From Phoronis australis (taxonomy: Eukaryota; Animalia; Phoronida), in the NCBI GenBank assembly GCA_002633005.1, contig NMRA01000303.1:373714-437713 (forward strand): a stretch of 64,000 nt of DNA. The letters run 5' to 3'. The notes under the pieces are model-generated. The model ran no database searches and was not told the DNA's origin. It worked only from the letters and a program-made list of their open reading frames with translations. Position 1 is the first letter of the stretch. Every line of letters begins with the position of its first letter. Made by a program: the position numbers and the translations under genes. Of this stretch, positions 50,101-61,926 are shown piece by piece.

Positions 50101-53100
50101 TATCCTAACGATCCATCTGTGAAGTCTTCGTCGGATGAGCTCTTGACTAAGTCGGGATTGGCGACGGCGAGTTACAATGTAGACGTTTATTATTCTGCGT
50201 TCTGTTTCAAAATGAATTATTCGCATCCTAAAATGATCCTAACCAATGCAGCTTATATGAAATTGAAACAAAGTCTGTCTCATTAAATACAGTTTGTAAT
50301 GCCTTTGAGTGCTCGTGATTGCAAATGTTTTGAGAAGCCATCAATGAATAAACCACTGCGTTACCGGCTTTTGGTGCCGGCAACGAAGGAAATTAACCGG
50401 CCACCGGGAGGCCGTGTGAGCGCATGCTAATTCATTGTTTGCTGACAGAAAGTTGTTGTGAAACAGTTACTCGATTTTATATGCTATTGTCACATGTTAC
50501 GGGAATCTTTATTTAGAAATACAAATACATTATTCAAATCATTGTTACTGTACAACCTTTGTCCTGACGGTCTGTGGAAGGGGAACCCTACTTCGCGGCC
50601 CCCGACAAGTAAGTAGATTTTCAGTTTCGTCACGGACTAATTCACATAAATAATTACGTGCACATTATTTCTTTGGCTCACTATTATAGTCTTTTCGTGA
50701 CTGGAGGTTTAGTTTCCAACTCAAGCTGGTTTATGTTCGTTGCAGTCCCGGCGGCCGCGATGGGCCTGATCGGGTTCCGAGCCACTGGCCGGGATAACAA
50801 GCGTTTTTTGTATTTAGATCTCAAAAAATCACAAGCATAAACAGCACAGATCTAGGTTCTCCTGTCTGTATTTCACGGAAGTATACTTCGAATTTATCGT
50901 CGAACAGACCCCAAACTCCTGCTACGGACCTTGGTAAATTGGCCTGTCGAACTTTGTAGTCTACTGTGTGTCCAAATACCAGTAAATCCGTAACAGCGAA
51001 ATAAAACAACACGTTTTTATAAGAACTTGGTGTATTTCTAACAGTTTTAGATCGAAGTTTGATGATTTATTGGTGTTAAACGATGAATTCAAGCGATAAG
51101 CTGACACCACTAACCCCTGTTGTGAACTGCTGAACAGACTGCGTGTGAAACCAATTACGTCATTGGATAATTTCAACACCTCCGTCTGCCGTCAGGTGTC
51201 AGGTAACGCAACCGTACCTGCCGTTATAGAGTAGAACTGCTCGATCTAAATTGATACAAATTAGGTTGGTTTTTTGGGTGGCATTCTCCTTTAAGAAACC
51301 CATCGAAGACTTTATTAAGGAATTAATGCTAGCTGGTCAACCGTTCCACAGAACCTTGTCCGAATTGGGGGAAGATCTGACTTAACCGAGGTTTACTGAA
51401 GTAAGAGAATTAGTTTTCAGTGTATTGAGCCATCACAGCGCAACATAAATCTCTTTAGGTATGCCAGAATGGAATTGTGAGTTTTGACGGTGAAGTTTGG
51501 TGGTACACGCCTCGTCGGATGTCAAGCTCTTCCCAGTACAAGAGGATAATAGCGGTTTATTGGTCAGACATCGACACGAGGTTTGGAGTTGGCAGTATTT
51601 ACTATGGAAAACACACGAGCGGACCAACACTGGAACGCGGCAAGAACATAATAAAGAGTGCGCTTCAGGGTATTCCCAATTTCGACCCAAAGATTGTGAT
51701 CGTAATTACGTGGTACAAATGCACATTCTACGGAGCCAACTTTGTGGGTCGCACTAAGGTACGTACACACGGTACACAATGTGGAAAAGTAAGCGAGATA
51801 GAGTATCTGACGTATGCAGGAAACCATGTTGCTCTTGAACGTTCCTTTGTTGTTCAAATATTTTTAATCATCGTGGAAGGGAGAAGGTATATTCACCAGA
51901 TGGCGCCAATGAATAAAGGGTCGTCTTCTAAGACCTGGAAAGATTGAGGTACTTCATCAGCCTGGTGCACATGTTGGCTGACAGTGCATGTGACTGCGTG
52001 AATCCAGCCTTCCGTTCAGTAACTCTAGGACCTCGCTTAAAAGCAAGACTTCGCGAGATTACGTGAGGTATTGTCGTGCATTTTAAATGAGAGCACGTGA
52101 CTTTGACTAGGTTTTAGCTAGGTCCTAGCGTAGGTCCTAGCGTCTACTCAACGCACGCCTGACATTTCTGCGGGTAGGACGCACTAGCGCCACCTATTTA
52201 AAGTCCTGTGTTGCATCGATATAATAGCAAGACACATATTACATGTTTGCGTTGAATTAAATTCGTTTATACAGTAATTAATTTATTATTTTATTATCCT
52301 TGGAAGTAACGGTTCACAGATATCCGAATATACCTTTTCATGCAGCCATTTTAGCTAACACAAGTTAGAATTTACATTATTCTGAAGTAATGCAAGCAAA
52401 GGATTAGACCATGCCCTAGGGGACGACGCAGCAGAATGATCATGATAGACTCTTAATCTTTCTGTTTTGTGTTATCATAGAAGCAGTCCTTTTTCAATTG
52501 GGATAATTCATTTTAGCTTAACACCTTCCAACTTGTACTCGTCTCGGATGGACCAAGAACTTTTGGCTTGAAAATTTACGACCGTCTTCAGTGGACTACT
52601 GGTGAGGATAGTGGTGGATCAGAATACACTGGGTTAGGAGGGGTAGCGGCTGCGGTAAGTTTTTGTCTACATGCCGTCTTTTTTGATAATTACAAGCTAT
52701 TTTTAAACCAAGAACTTAGGTAGACATGCGCTATATGTGCGTAGTAAGCGTTTTGTAGTGCGCCGAATTTTGTGTCCGCTGTACTTACACATCACGCACT
52801 GTATAATTGGTTGAGCGTTGACATGTATAAAATATATCTGTTTGTTTATATCAACAAGGTTATTGCAATTATATTAAACAAGTAGGTCTAGGATGTATTC
52901 CAAATGTGCCGGATCTTCCCAATATTCTAGGTAAACTGTCTTCATACACGTCACTCTTGTAATGTGCACACATTGTTCTGAATTTCACGTTTTGCCTTGA
53001 GTGTGAGCGGTTTTGAACGGAATTGTAATTTAAGAGGATTTTAAATTTCAAGTCAATTTGGAGTGATTACTTAAGATGACACACAGAATTGGGTTAATAA

Positions 53101-53788
53101 TCTTGGTACAGTAGTTTATGTACTGTATGGATTGGTCCACACCATTTCAGATGGGATTTTCCAATCGCTACTCTAGTTACCAATGGTACCAAGTTCCTGG
53201 CTTTTCTTTTACTTCTAATGCATTGATGATGACGAAGGTCACCAACATACAAGGGCCTTACGTGCCCGGATGGACAGGATGTTGGCTGGACCAGTACAAC
53301 TTGATTGGCAAATTAGGTAATAATGTCACTTTGCTCTAATACCAGTTGTGAGAACGGCGGGAACGTTTGAGTAATGAACTGAAAATGATGAACTTTGCAG
53401 CTTCACTGGTCATTCACTTCAGCAGCAAAATCAAACGATCCTATTGCTATTTCCGATATGCACGATTTTCGTCTGCTTCGAGAAATAAATATCTTGCAAG
53501 AGCTTTGTACTCAATGGAAGTTATATACAAAATGTTTCACTTCTCTTTGCAGCGCCAATCATGAGGTGCCTGCGTAGACAGAGATGTTGTGTTATGCAGG
53601 GAAACCGGTATCAGCCAGCACCGATCCCCGGATGTACAAAGTTCTACCAATGGGATTACTTGAACTCCATTCCGTGGCCAACCCCGCAGTCCTGTCCGGC
53701 AGGCACACGTTTTGACGTGTTCCCGACAATTTGCACTTGTAATTGGAAGGCAAACGTCAACAAGAGAACGTGCATGTCAAAATTGTAG
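41035..53788 (+). CDS. Gene C (whole spliced CDS): secreted NIDO plus ChtBD2-like paralog, 374 aa
   Basis: Exons 41035-41110, 41859-42067, 51459-51758, 52517-52654, 53151-53316, 53553-53788; intron 2 expanded to 9.4 kb by transposons. Confidence 0.86.
41859..42067 (+). CDS. Gene C exon 2
   Basis: ttcaag acceptor; ESEEERTKI...[23 protein letters not shown]...YGTLW; gtaagt donor. Confidence 0.88.
42632..42760 (+). mobile_element. tRNA-derived SINE remnant
   Basis: A-box TGGCCTAGTGG (42640) and B-box-like GGTTGAGTCCC (42689); no full cloverleaf. Confidence 0.4.
43036..43161. repeat. Perfect 55-bp inverted repeat, 16-nt spacer
   Basis: 43036-43090 is the exact reverse complement of 43107-43161. 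Confidence 0.95.
44681..47883 (+). mobile_element. Degenerate Gmr1-type Ty3/Gypsy LTR retrotransposon (SCAN-like gag, zinc knuckle, protease, integrase, truncated RT)
   Basis: WAVGLSPLLTGKG...YDQLKVALLHRYELTE; CFNCHRKGYLTRDC; VRDTG; HLGVKKT..FYWPG..CRSCDLCQ; PFQRIAVDLIGP; TGFSPFQLLYGR; WRGPY; then [30 protein letters not shown]; possible 3' LTR end AATAAA...TAACA at 47837-47883. Confidence 0.9.
47884..48015. repeat. (TACA)n microsatellite (others at about 43848-43925 and 44465-44525)
   Basis: Direct reading. Confidence 0.95.
48429..51398 (-). mobile_element. Defective pogo/Tigger DNA transposon
   Basis: TIRs CAGTAAACCTCGGTTAAGTCGGATC / GATCTGACTTAACCGAGGTTTACTG, left TA; minus-strand CENP-B-like HTH remnants HPTMKKKDIAIRFKIAPQTLSDIL and HSHVELFLWF...ILVEQA. 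Confidence 0.85.
49608..51290 (+). mobile_element. Kolobok-like element with THAP-domain remnant, nested in the pogo element
   Basis: TTAA on both sides, TIR AGGAGAATG(A/C)CACCC; 49789-49983 reads CIVPACTNY...SFFRLPREPEMLRK*L...LRVCGRHFVDSDF (THAP pattern, conserved W replaced by stop). Confidence 0.8.
51459..51758 (+). CDS. Gene C exon 3
   Basis: ctttag acceptor; VCQNGIVSFD...IIAVYWSDIDTR...; gtacgt donor. Confidence 0.93.
52006..52159. mobile_element. MITE family 2, copy 3
   Basis: Near-identical to 19454-19607. Confidence 0.85.
52517..52654 (+). CDS. Gene C exon 4 (NIDO core; absent from the ORF track)
   Basis: ttttag acceptor; [46 protein letters not shown]; gtaagt donor. Confidence 0.93.
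53151..53316 (+). CDS. Gene C exon 5
   Basis: tttcag acceptor; MGFSNRYSSYQWYQVPG...[13 protein letters not shown]; G|gtaata donor. Confidence 0.92.
53553..53788 (+). CDS. Gene C exon 6 (8-Cys ChtBD2-like module, stop)
   Basis: ttgcag acceptor; [17 protein letters not shown]...[31 protein letters not shown]; AATAAA at 53932-53937. Confidence 0.92.
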
Positions 53789-54303
53789 TTGTTGGCTTGT
53801 CTTGTAACTTCAGAATGGGCATGAGCTGTCTTACAAAATCTCTTGTGGCGCTTTTTATTGACCATCTTACCAGAGATTACCTATTATACGTTATTTACCT
53901 GTATTCATGTTATTGTAATTGTACTAGTAATAATAAATGACCTTATATCGCCTTTCTCGGTCTCCTTTTCATCTCTGGTAACGAGCTTGCGACGCACGTA
54001 TCATTTATCTATTATTCGGGACATATGTCGATCATAAATACGCTCTTTGTTAAAACCCAGTTAAGAAAAACGTACTCCTAAACAATTTAGATTATACGTC
54101 AACTGTAAGGATTAATAGCCTCCGCTCACTTGGGGATTAGTTGTAATGCAAGAAATAATGAGTTCCTCTAGTGCTATGTTCAGGTATTTCACTTATTTTG
54201 GAGCCTGGAAGATAATCAAATCAACCTTCCTTAATACTTTTTACGGATAGCAAGAGACGTCATGTGCAAGTGGTTTGTGCCGGATAGCAATCACCGAGCA
54301 GAG

Positions 54304-54540
54304 CAGTGGCAGATCTACGATTTCAGTAAGGGGGGGTTTAGGATTCGAGAGAATCCGTAGCGCGTAGCGCCAAGGAGAAGGCAGGTCGTGAGAGGGTTTC
54401 CCTCCTCCCATGTAAGATTTTTTGGGATTTTTAGTAGCTAATTTCGTTTTTCTGGCGATTTCTTTCCAGTTTTTATTTATGGTCCTGTCCCGAGGGGGGG
54501 GGGTTAAACCCCCTGAACCCCCCCTGTAGATCCGCCTCTG
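54304..54540. mobile_element. MITE related to family 1 (longer subfamily)
   Basis: CAGTGGCAGATCTAC...GTAGATCCGCCTCTG, TSD CAGAG. Confidence 0.85.
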
Positions 54541-54624
54541 CAGAGCCTCCAGCAGACATCAATATGCGATCAATTCACAAGTATCGTTCAAGCAGCCAAT
54601 AAGTCAGTTTATCTTCATTATGTG

Positions 54625-55100
54625 GGCACATTATGCCGTCATCCTCGTCCATCTGTTCGTCCGTCTGACGTCCGCTGCTGTATCTCCAAAACCCCCTTAT
54701 ATACATGTATGTTCATGAAAGTTTGCACACATTGTCCTTTCATGAGTGGACAGCATGAGCTAATTCTTAGACGGATCCGATTACCAATGTGTGCCCCTAG
54801 TGGCAATCTAAATGTTTTACGTTTACTTCTGTATCTTTAATGATCTCAAAGGATTTTCATGAAATTTGGTAAATAGATCTTTCTTAGTGAGATGACGCCA
54901 CCTTCCCGTTTTCTGTATCGAGGTATTTTGCGGCTACTAGTGGACAGTTCTGCTGTATTCGATTATGATTTTTGGCGTCCGCCCCTCCTTCAACCAAACC
55001 ACTCTAAGGGATTATTGTAAAGTTTGGCATAATTACATGGTCCTACATGTACTTTGATGAAAACAGTTGACGATGATTTCCGACGACTACTGCGCTGCAA
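54625..55100 (+). mobile_element. HINE/DINE-like element, third copy
   Basis: Degenerate (GTCY)n start, then CTGTATCTC...TTCATGAAA(G/T)TTG and GACGGATCCGA...GCCCCTAGTGGCAA blocks. Confidence 0.55.
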
Positions 55101-56553
55101 TGTACAAAGGCCTCGCCATGCCGTTTCGTAAAAAGGTCATAGGTATAACCTTTCCGTGTACTTTCGATTCTGCGTTTGAAAATGTTTTTTTTCGGTCTTG
55201 GCTTTTTAGTTGATTATTTTGCGGAAACAGCCTAGAGCTGATTCATTGTAAGTTTTTAAATATCATTTTAGCATATATGTTATGGCAATTTTCACATATT
55301 TGTTCATATTTTCACATATTTGTTCATATTTTCATATATTTGTTCATACAAATTGTGTCCTATGCCATAAATGCTTTATTTTCAGTGCAGTCAATAATCA
55401 ACATCACCAAAAAGTCTTATTATTCATCGCTGAAGACTCACTACAATCCTCTAAATATGTATCGATGCTGATGGAGAAATGTCACATGGACTGAGTGAGT
55501 GAATGTTGTCTGTAGTCAATGGCCGAGCCATGTTTCCCGAGGTCGCAGGACCACGTAACCTTATGTGACCACTGATTCTGCTTCACTTTGATATCTTGTC
55601 TGGCATGTTTTTATCTGAAATGGTGTACTGCCTCAACGAATAGAGAACATTTGACGTCTGATCGCCTGGCTAGTCAAAATCACCCTACAACGGACGTTAT
55701 CGTACTGTGTTTTGTTCATTCAGAGGGGACAGAAATATCAGTAGTGGGTGTAATGACAGGTCACCTGGGAAGAAACATTGCCACTGGCCTCGGTCAACAT
55801 TTCTCCCTCTGTTCATATGACATCACTATGAGCCTATATTTGTATATTGTCTTACACCTTTAAAGTGGCAAAATTGTTAGTAATCATGGACTAACACAAC
55901 AAAAGATCATGAAGTAATACAACTGACAAACCATGATCGCATAAACTGTACAAACTCAAATGAGCAATTCTTACTGGCTCTTAGCTAGAATACTACAGAG
56001 GCTGGAAGTTTCCCAAAATTGTTCTATTAAGTGGCGTATAGTATGTACCTAGATTATCCAAGTCTCCTCTCTTTCGACAACGACATAACACTTCCCAAAA
56101 TAGCACCCACTGATATCCAAAAGGATAATCTAATCACGTCCAAATTGGCTACCTGACGTATAGGACATACCTGTAACAGCCGTGTCGTGAGTTCAGTTGA
56201 ACGTCTTCTTCATATAGACCCTTTTTCGTGATAAGGCATCAACTGCACACTTAACCTTTGACTTAGTGTTGTGCGGCAAAAAGGTCCTACTCTGGATATC
56301 ACCAATAGCGTTATACTGCTCAAAAGCACTTAGACCACTGCGGCCCATTTTAATGAAAGGTCGTAAGTGTGGTCGTATCGCCAATTACCACCACCGCCGC
56401 CGCCGCCGCCGCCACCACCACCACCACCAACACAAAAAGAACATCCGGTCTTCCTACATTTACAACTGCCAAATTTGAGGACCAATTGTGACGCAGCATC
56501 CAGGGTCACCCATAAAGCAATTTCCACGTTGCAGACATCCATATCCATCTGGA

Positions 56554-56650
56554 TACGGGGCATTGGGTCTACGGGGCATTGGGTCTACGGGGCATTGGGT
56601 CTACGGGGCATTGGGTCTACGGGGCATTGGGTCTACGGGGCATTGGGTCT
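56554..56650. repeat. 16-bp G-rich minisatellite x6
   Basis: (TACGGGGCATTGGGTC)6. Confidence 0.95.
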
Positions 56651-57379
56651 CTGCTCAAGAGCTTTCTGAAAATTTCACACTAGTTATCGTAAGGTGTATT
56701 CTAAAGTAGGCTGTATCAGATGGCAATGATATTTCAGATAAAAGATTTAGCTTGAAAATGCTGTTTCGCCTGTCACTGAAAAAGGTGGTGGACTCGCCAT
56801 GCAGTGAAAAGACAAAGGGTTCCACTTCAAACACTGACTCCTGGTCAATTTCATGTCTTCCCCAAATCGCTGAAAGCACTACGCAAAAACGTTATTTTTA
56901 AATGCTAAGCTAAGTTCAATGGACTGAGCTTTCCTAACGGAATCAATAATCACGTTAAATGTCATATACGCATGTGTAAATGTAGTGATTGTGTTTTAAA
57001 AACAAGAATTAATTGTTTTTTAAGCTATCGAAACTGATAATAGCCTGCTACGGAAGATGTACATTTGCTAAGTTTTAATTTCAGGCTCATGAGCCTCAGC
57101 TGTTAACGGTTGTGACTTGCTCAGATTTTTCCTGTATCTGCTCAAGACGTATCTTCAATGTCACGAATGTCGACACCGTGATGCCTTTTCAAGTGCTAGA
57201 TGACGTTGGCTGTCTATCCGAAACTGTGGCATACAACGTTTTTATCACAAAGTTTGCTCGTCTGAAATTCAAAACAGACACTTTTACGCAACGAGGCTGA
57301 ACATTGAACAGAGTTAGAATATTTTTGCTAATGAAAGCAATGATCATTTCATATGTCTGATTAGTAGAGAATTAGTATT

Positions 57380-59625
57380 TTGTGTCGAGAAATAGGACAT
57401 TTTTTCCAGACTACAGAGCAGATCATTCTAGTATTTTAGACTTGCCTTTCTCTAACTTTTGGCGCTTCAATAATACACTTTTAAAAGATGACGAATATAA
57501 AAAAGTGAATGGAATTACATGTACATGTATTCGTAACATCAGGAAGAGATCTCTTCCAGATAACACATGAGATATGCCTGGGCACGCTCTTTTCCTTAAT
57601 ATAGGGACGACGTATCAAATATTTCCCCAGATATGTTGCAATTTACTATAAATTATCAATTATTTTTTGAAATATTATTGCATAATATCAGAAGCAAGAC
57701 AATTCCGTATAGTGTCTACAAAAAGCAAGGTAGAAATATCGGCATAGTTAGAAAATAAAATGAAAATTCTACACGAGAGTCTATCAGCTGATTTTGATGC
57801 AAAATTGCAATAGCGTTCAAATGACTGCCAATAAGAGCAGGAGAATTTTCGAAAAGAATACATGGAGGGAGTTATATTAAGATCCAACATGAGGTGCATA
57901 AAAGTTGGTGAAAAAACCTACAAAACATTTCTGTGTCTTGGAAAAGAAAACTACATGTATACACAAGTGACCATTGATAAACTAATTCATAATAAAAATG
58001 AAAATATTTCTTCTAAAGTCATTCTGAATGAAATTCATGAATTTTATAGCTCTTTGAACATACGGTAGCTTACAGAGTTCGGTCAAGGAGTGTAGACTCC
58101 TACAGCGGTAGGCCAATTTATCATGGTCGATCGCGGGAGTTTGGGTCTGTTTGGAGATAAATTTAAACCATTCTTCTGTGAAATACAAACATGAAAGATA
58201 GCTGGGCCTGGACATCGCGAACATTAACCAGCTTAAGCTGGAAACTAAACCTCCAGTCACGAAAAGATTATACTAGTGAGCCAAAGACATAATGTGGACG
58301 TAATTATTTTGGTGAATTAGCCACGGAACTGCAAATCTACTTGTCGGGGGCCGCGAAGTCAATTTGACCCTCTTAAGAACCGTCTGGGCAAAAGTTGTAC
58401 AGTACTGTATTTGTATATATAGGTAAAGGTTTCCCTAACATGTGACCATAGTATATAAAATCGAGTTATTGTTTCACAACAGCCTTCTGTCAACAAACAC
58501 ACGGCCTCGGTGCCCGGTCAATTACCTTTATTGCATCTGAAGCCGGAAACGAAGTGGTTTATTCCATTGCTCGCTTCTCAAAACATTTGCACTCATGAAC
58601 ACTCCAAAGGCATTATAAGTTGCATCTAATGAGACAGGCTTTGTTTCAGATTTATATAAGCATTGGTTAGGGTGAGAATAATTCATTTTGAAGCAGAATA
58701 CAGAATAATAAACGTCAACATGGCAACTCGCAATCCCGACTTAGACGAGAGATCAACAGACGAAGACTTCGCAGGTGGATCGTTAAACGTCACAGGCAAT
58801 CAGTTTGAACAGGAATACAGGGATTAAGAAATACTGAAGAGGCGCCGTGAACATGCACCGGCAACGGAACGTATGGATAGTTCTTTGGTAAGCCCCATAT
58901 TTGCTATGAACAGCGTACCTTTCATTCTTCACTACCGCGAGCCACTTCCTAAGCAGTTCGGACTCTCGAGGAAGTAAAAAAAACGATATACCCGCTTTAC
59001 TCGCAGCTGCCTAGTTCGGCCAAGCGGGAGCGATGCGCGCTCACTCTGCAAATGAACAACTGACGTCGCTGCTTCGTTTCTCACCTTCATCACAGATTAA
59101 CGCGACACCTCTTGGCAAGGCAAGGTCGACCGTATACAAGGTGATGTGGTCATAGACCAATTAAAACGGTAAAAAATGGTTCTAGTATCGACTAGCTCAT
59201 AGAATATTATACACAAATTCATATCGTTATAAAGTAGGCTTCTCGAATTCTACTGGTTGGAATGTACATCTTGTAATAAAGACCCAGAAACTTTGATGTA
59301 CTTATTTGTATATTGTAAGTACACCAGGACCTTCTGTGAAGATATTTTTGAATTTTACTTCAGTGACAGCAATGAAACAGTAATAACAATAATGAACGCG
59401 AACTTCTTTTTGGACTCATCTAAAAACTTAATTTTGGTTCTAGCGAAATATCACATACACTGTCAAAGATTTGGTTGGGGGGCCGGGGGGGGNCCATCTA
59501 TTAATGCTTTTGTTAATATTTTAAAACAGTATTATCTCTCAGAGGAATATATTTTTTGAAAAAATAGACAGTTTGATAGATTTAGAAATAAATGGTTAAA
59601 ATTTGCTCACATTATTGAAAATTAA
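57380..59625 (+). mobile_element. Fragmented L1/Tx1-clade LINE
   Basis: ADHSSI...FWRFNNTLLKDDEY, GVILRS...GEKTYKTFLCLGKENY and C-terminal CTSCNKDPETLMYLFVYC; RT region missing, interrupted at about 58062-59185. Confidence 0.8.
58062..59185 (-). mobile_element. Second, inverted and truncated copy of the THAP Kolobok-like element
   Basis: Reverse complement aligns by eye with about 49635-50970; the THAP tryptophan is retained here (AAGTGGCTC). Confidence 0.8.
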
Positions 59626-61494
59626 GCGACCGTTGAATAGGTGTGCACGTGTATGTGTTCATTGTTATTTACACTGTAATGTTACTCATTGGTAATACAT
59701 GTATAACAAAACAAATGCGCAGTAACAACAACGCTGTTGAGGATTAACGGAATCCAGTGACGCGATTTCAGTGAAAAAAGATCACAAAAATTGTTTATAG
59801 AGAACGTTTTTCGAATCGTTGTCCAAAATCGAAATTAAATTATCGATTCTAAACTTGCAACCCAAAACAGAATTTCGGATCAAAATTTGCTGCTGCGAAG
59901 CTGTCATCATTTCCCGAGAGATATACAGAAATTTAGGAAATGGCGCGTGCACGTTTCACTACCGAACTGTTTTCTTTGTTACAAAAGACGGAGAACTATG
60001 CAAGAAAAGGATGTTTGTTGGATTGTTTTTCACTTAAACGGCTTCAAAAGGCAAGGCGGTAGTGTCAGGAGGTATAACCAAGCCTCAAATGGCTAAACCG
60101 ATCAGCGCCATCTTGAGTCCCGGGGAAGAGGTTGACCCGAGTGTTTTCCTGAACATAAGGGTTTGATGATACCTACCTCGTTTAGTGTAAATGTTTATGG
60201 CATGAAATGGGTTTTTCAACTGAAAGTCACTTTGTCAGCTACAGGCTAAAAAATGTGTTTGATTTTTGAGTGTGATTTCCGACATGTTATATTTTAGCTC
60301 ATGCTCAGGGATATGAATTATTTGACAAGTCCAATATCTACATGTGCTATGAAACTGAAGTGTACAAAAACGTCCTTCTGAAAAATAATTATCGGATCAT
60401 GCATACTAAGATGCAAATATACAATTGAATGATAGATACGTAATATATTTGTCAATTGATCCCTATATCTCAATAAAAATGAGTAGAGAAAATAACAAAT
60501 GTTGCAATAGCTAACATGTCTCTAAAGGTCCACTGTCAAACAAGACTAAGACTACTGATATGGTTGCTCTAATACTGGGTGTCAATAAATTGAGAAAACC
60601 TGCACAAGTAAGGATAACTACAAAATGTGGAATCACAGTCTTACATGGGAAGTGACCTGCTGTAATGAGTAGCCTGGATGCTTAGATAAGGACGTAGTGA
60701 CGTAAAAGGCTTCTTTGATCTTGAGCTCCAGACAGGTTGTTGCTGAATGCAGAAGTGTGAATATTACACGAGTTACATCCTGCCCACTTAAATTTGTACA
60801 GGGCCAATTGGACTTCAAAGAATCTTGAATTCTGTCCAACATTTCTGGTTTAAACGATAAAAATGCTAATTTAACCATAGTGATTCAAGATATTGTTGCA
60901 GAAATATGTGTATATGCATGCATGCTAACTTGTCAGATTTGTTCGTTTCCAAACGACACAGACTGAAATCATGGAGATGATACTGACTTTTTATGATATT
61001 ACGAGAACAAGTTGTACGATTGTGAAGTATTGCAGTCGAGTCACGTTTTAAATGAAAATAATGTTGTAATGTCTCATATTCTCTCTTCCCTTGCTATATA
61101 TAATTTTCACAATTAATTCCCTGACACAACTTAATATTGAAACCCCGGTTGTCTCATATCCTTGTCTAACCCAATCACGTTGCTTAAAACTCCATTATGT
61201 TTCTGAAAACTCGATTTACGGCACACGGCATCTGATACCGCAAAGCGGAAAAATTGTCATCTAATGCTTCCAATACTTACTGAAGTAATATTAAGCTATA
61301 TACACTTTTTAATAATGTGGTAACTTCTCACCGTTTATTTATTCCCCTGTACTTCAATACACAGCCCTAGAACATGACATTGGAAAAACAAACTCAATCA
61401 AATTTGTTCCATAGCAAAGTTAGCAAATGTCAAAGATCATGATCAAATGGCTACACTTGATTGACTTCACTGGCTCTGGTAGGTCTAGCGGCAC

Positions 61495-61655
61495 CAGTGG
61501 CGTATTTAAGGGGGGGGGGGGCCCAAGAGGCCATAGCCTATCTAAAAAATTTTCAGATTCCATTTGGCAGTTAGGGGATGCGAATGTCTGACGGCAAAAT
61601 CCTGGCTAATACTTTGCTCTGCCCCCCATAACTAAAAATACTTGATCTGCCCCTG
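61495..61655. mobile_element. MITE family 1, copy 3
   Basis: CAGTGGCGTATTTAAG...GATCTGCCCCTG; TSD GGCAC/AGCAC. Confidence 0.8.
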
Positions 61656-61926
61656 AGCACAGTCATCTTTCTAATATGTATGTCGGGAGTCGTCATCGGT
61701 AACAATAAGAAGTCTTAGGCGGAACCGGAGAAGTCAATAAAGTGTACAATTGCTTTTGTCTTCAAATCCTGGCTTGAGAGGGCATGATTTTGCTACGAAA
61801 TTGGAATTTGACGACATCTAACGTTCAAAATAACCCGGATTGGTTTCGTAGGATGCTACGTAGAATTAGGTTAGTAATTATGGTACAATAGTATTTGTAC
61901 TGTAAAAATTATCCACTCCATTTCAG

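Noticed and set aside
8041-53788. One giant multi-NIDO gene (nidogen, tectorin or SNED1 ortholog)
   Set aside because: Each unit has its own signal-peptide exon and stop codon, and no EGF, VWD, AMOP or ZP exons were seen; no gene symbol assigned
56266-56709. Poly-Pro, poly-His and GALGLRG repeat ORFs
   Set aside because: Translations of (CCG)/(CCA) tracts and the 16-bp minisatellite
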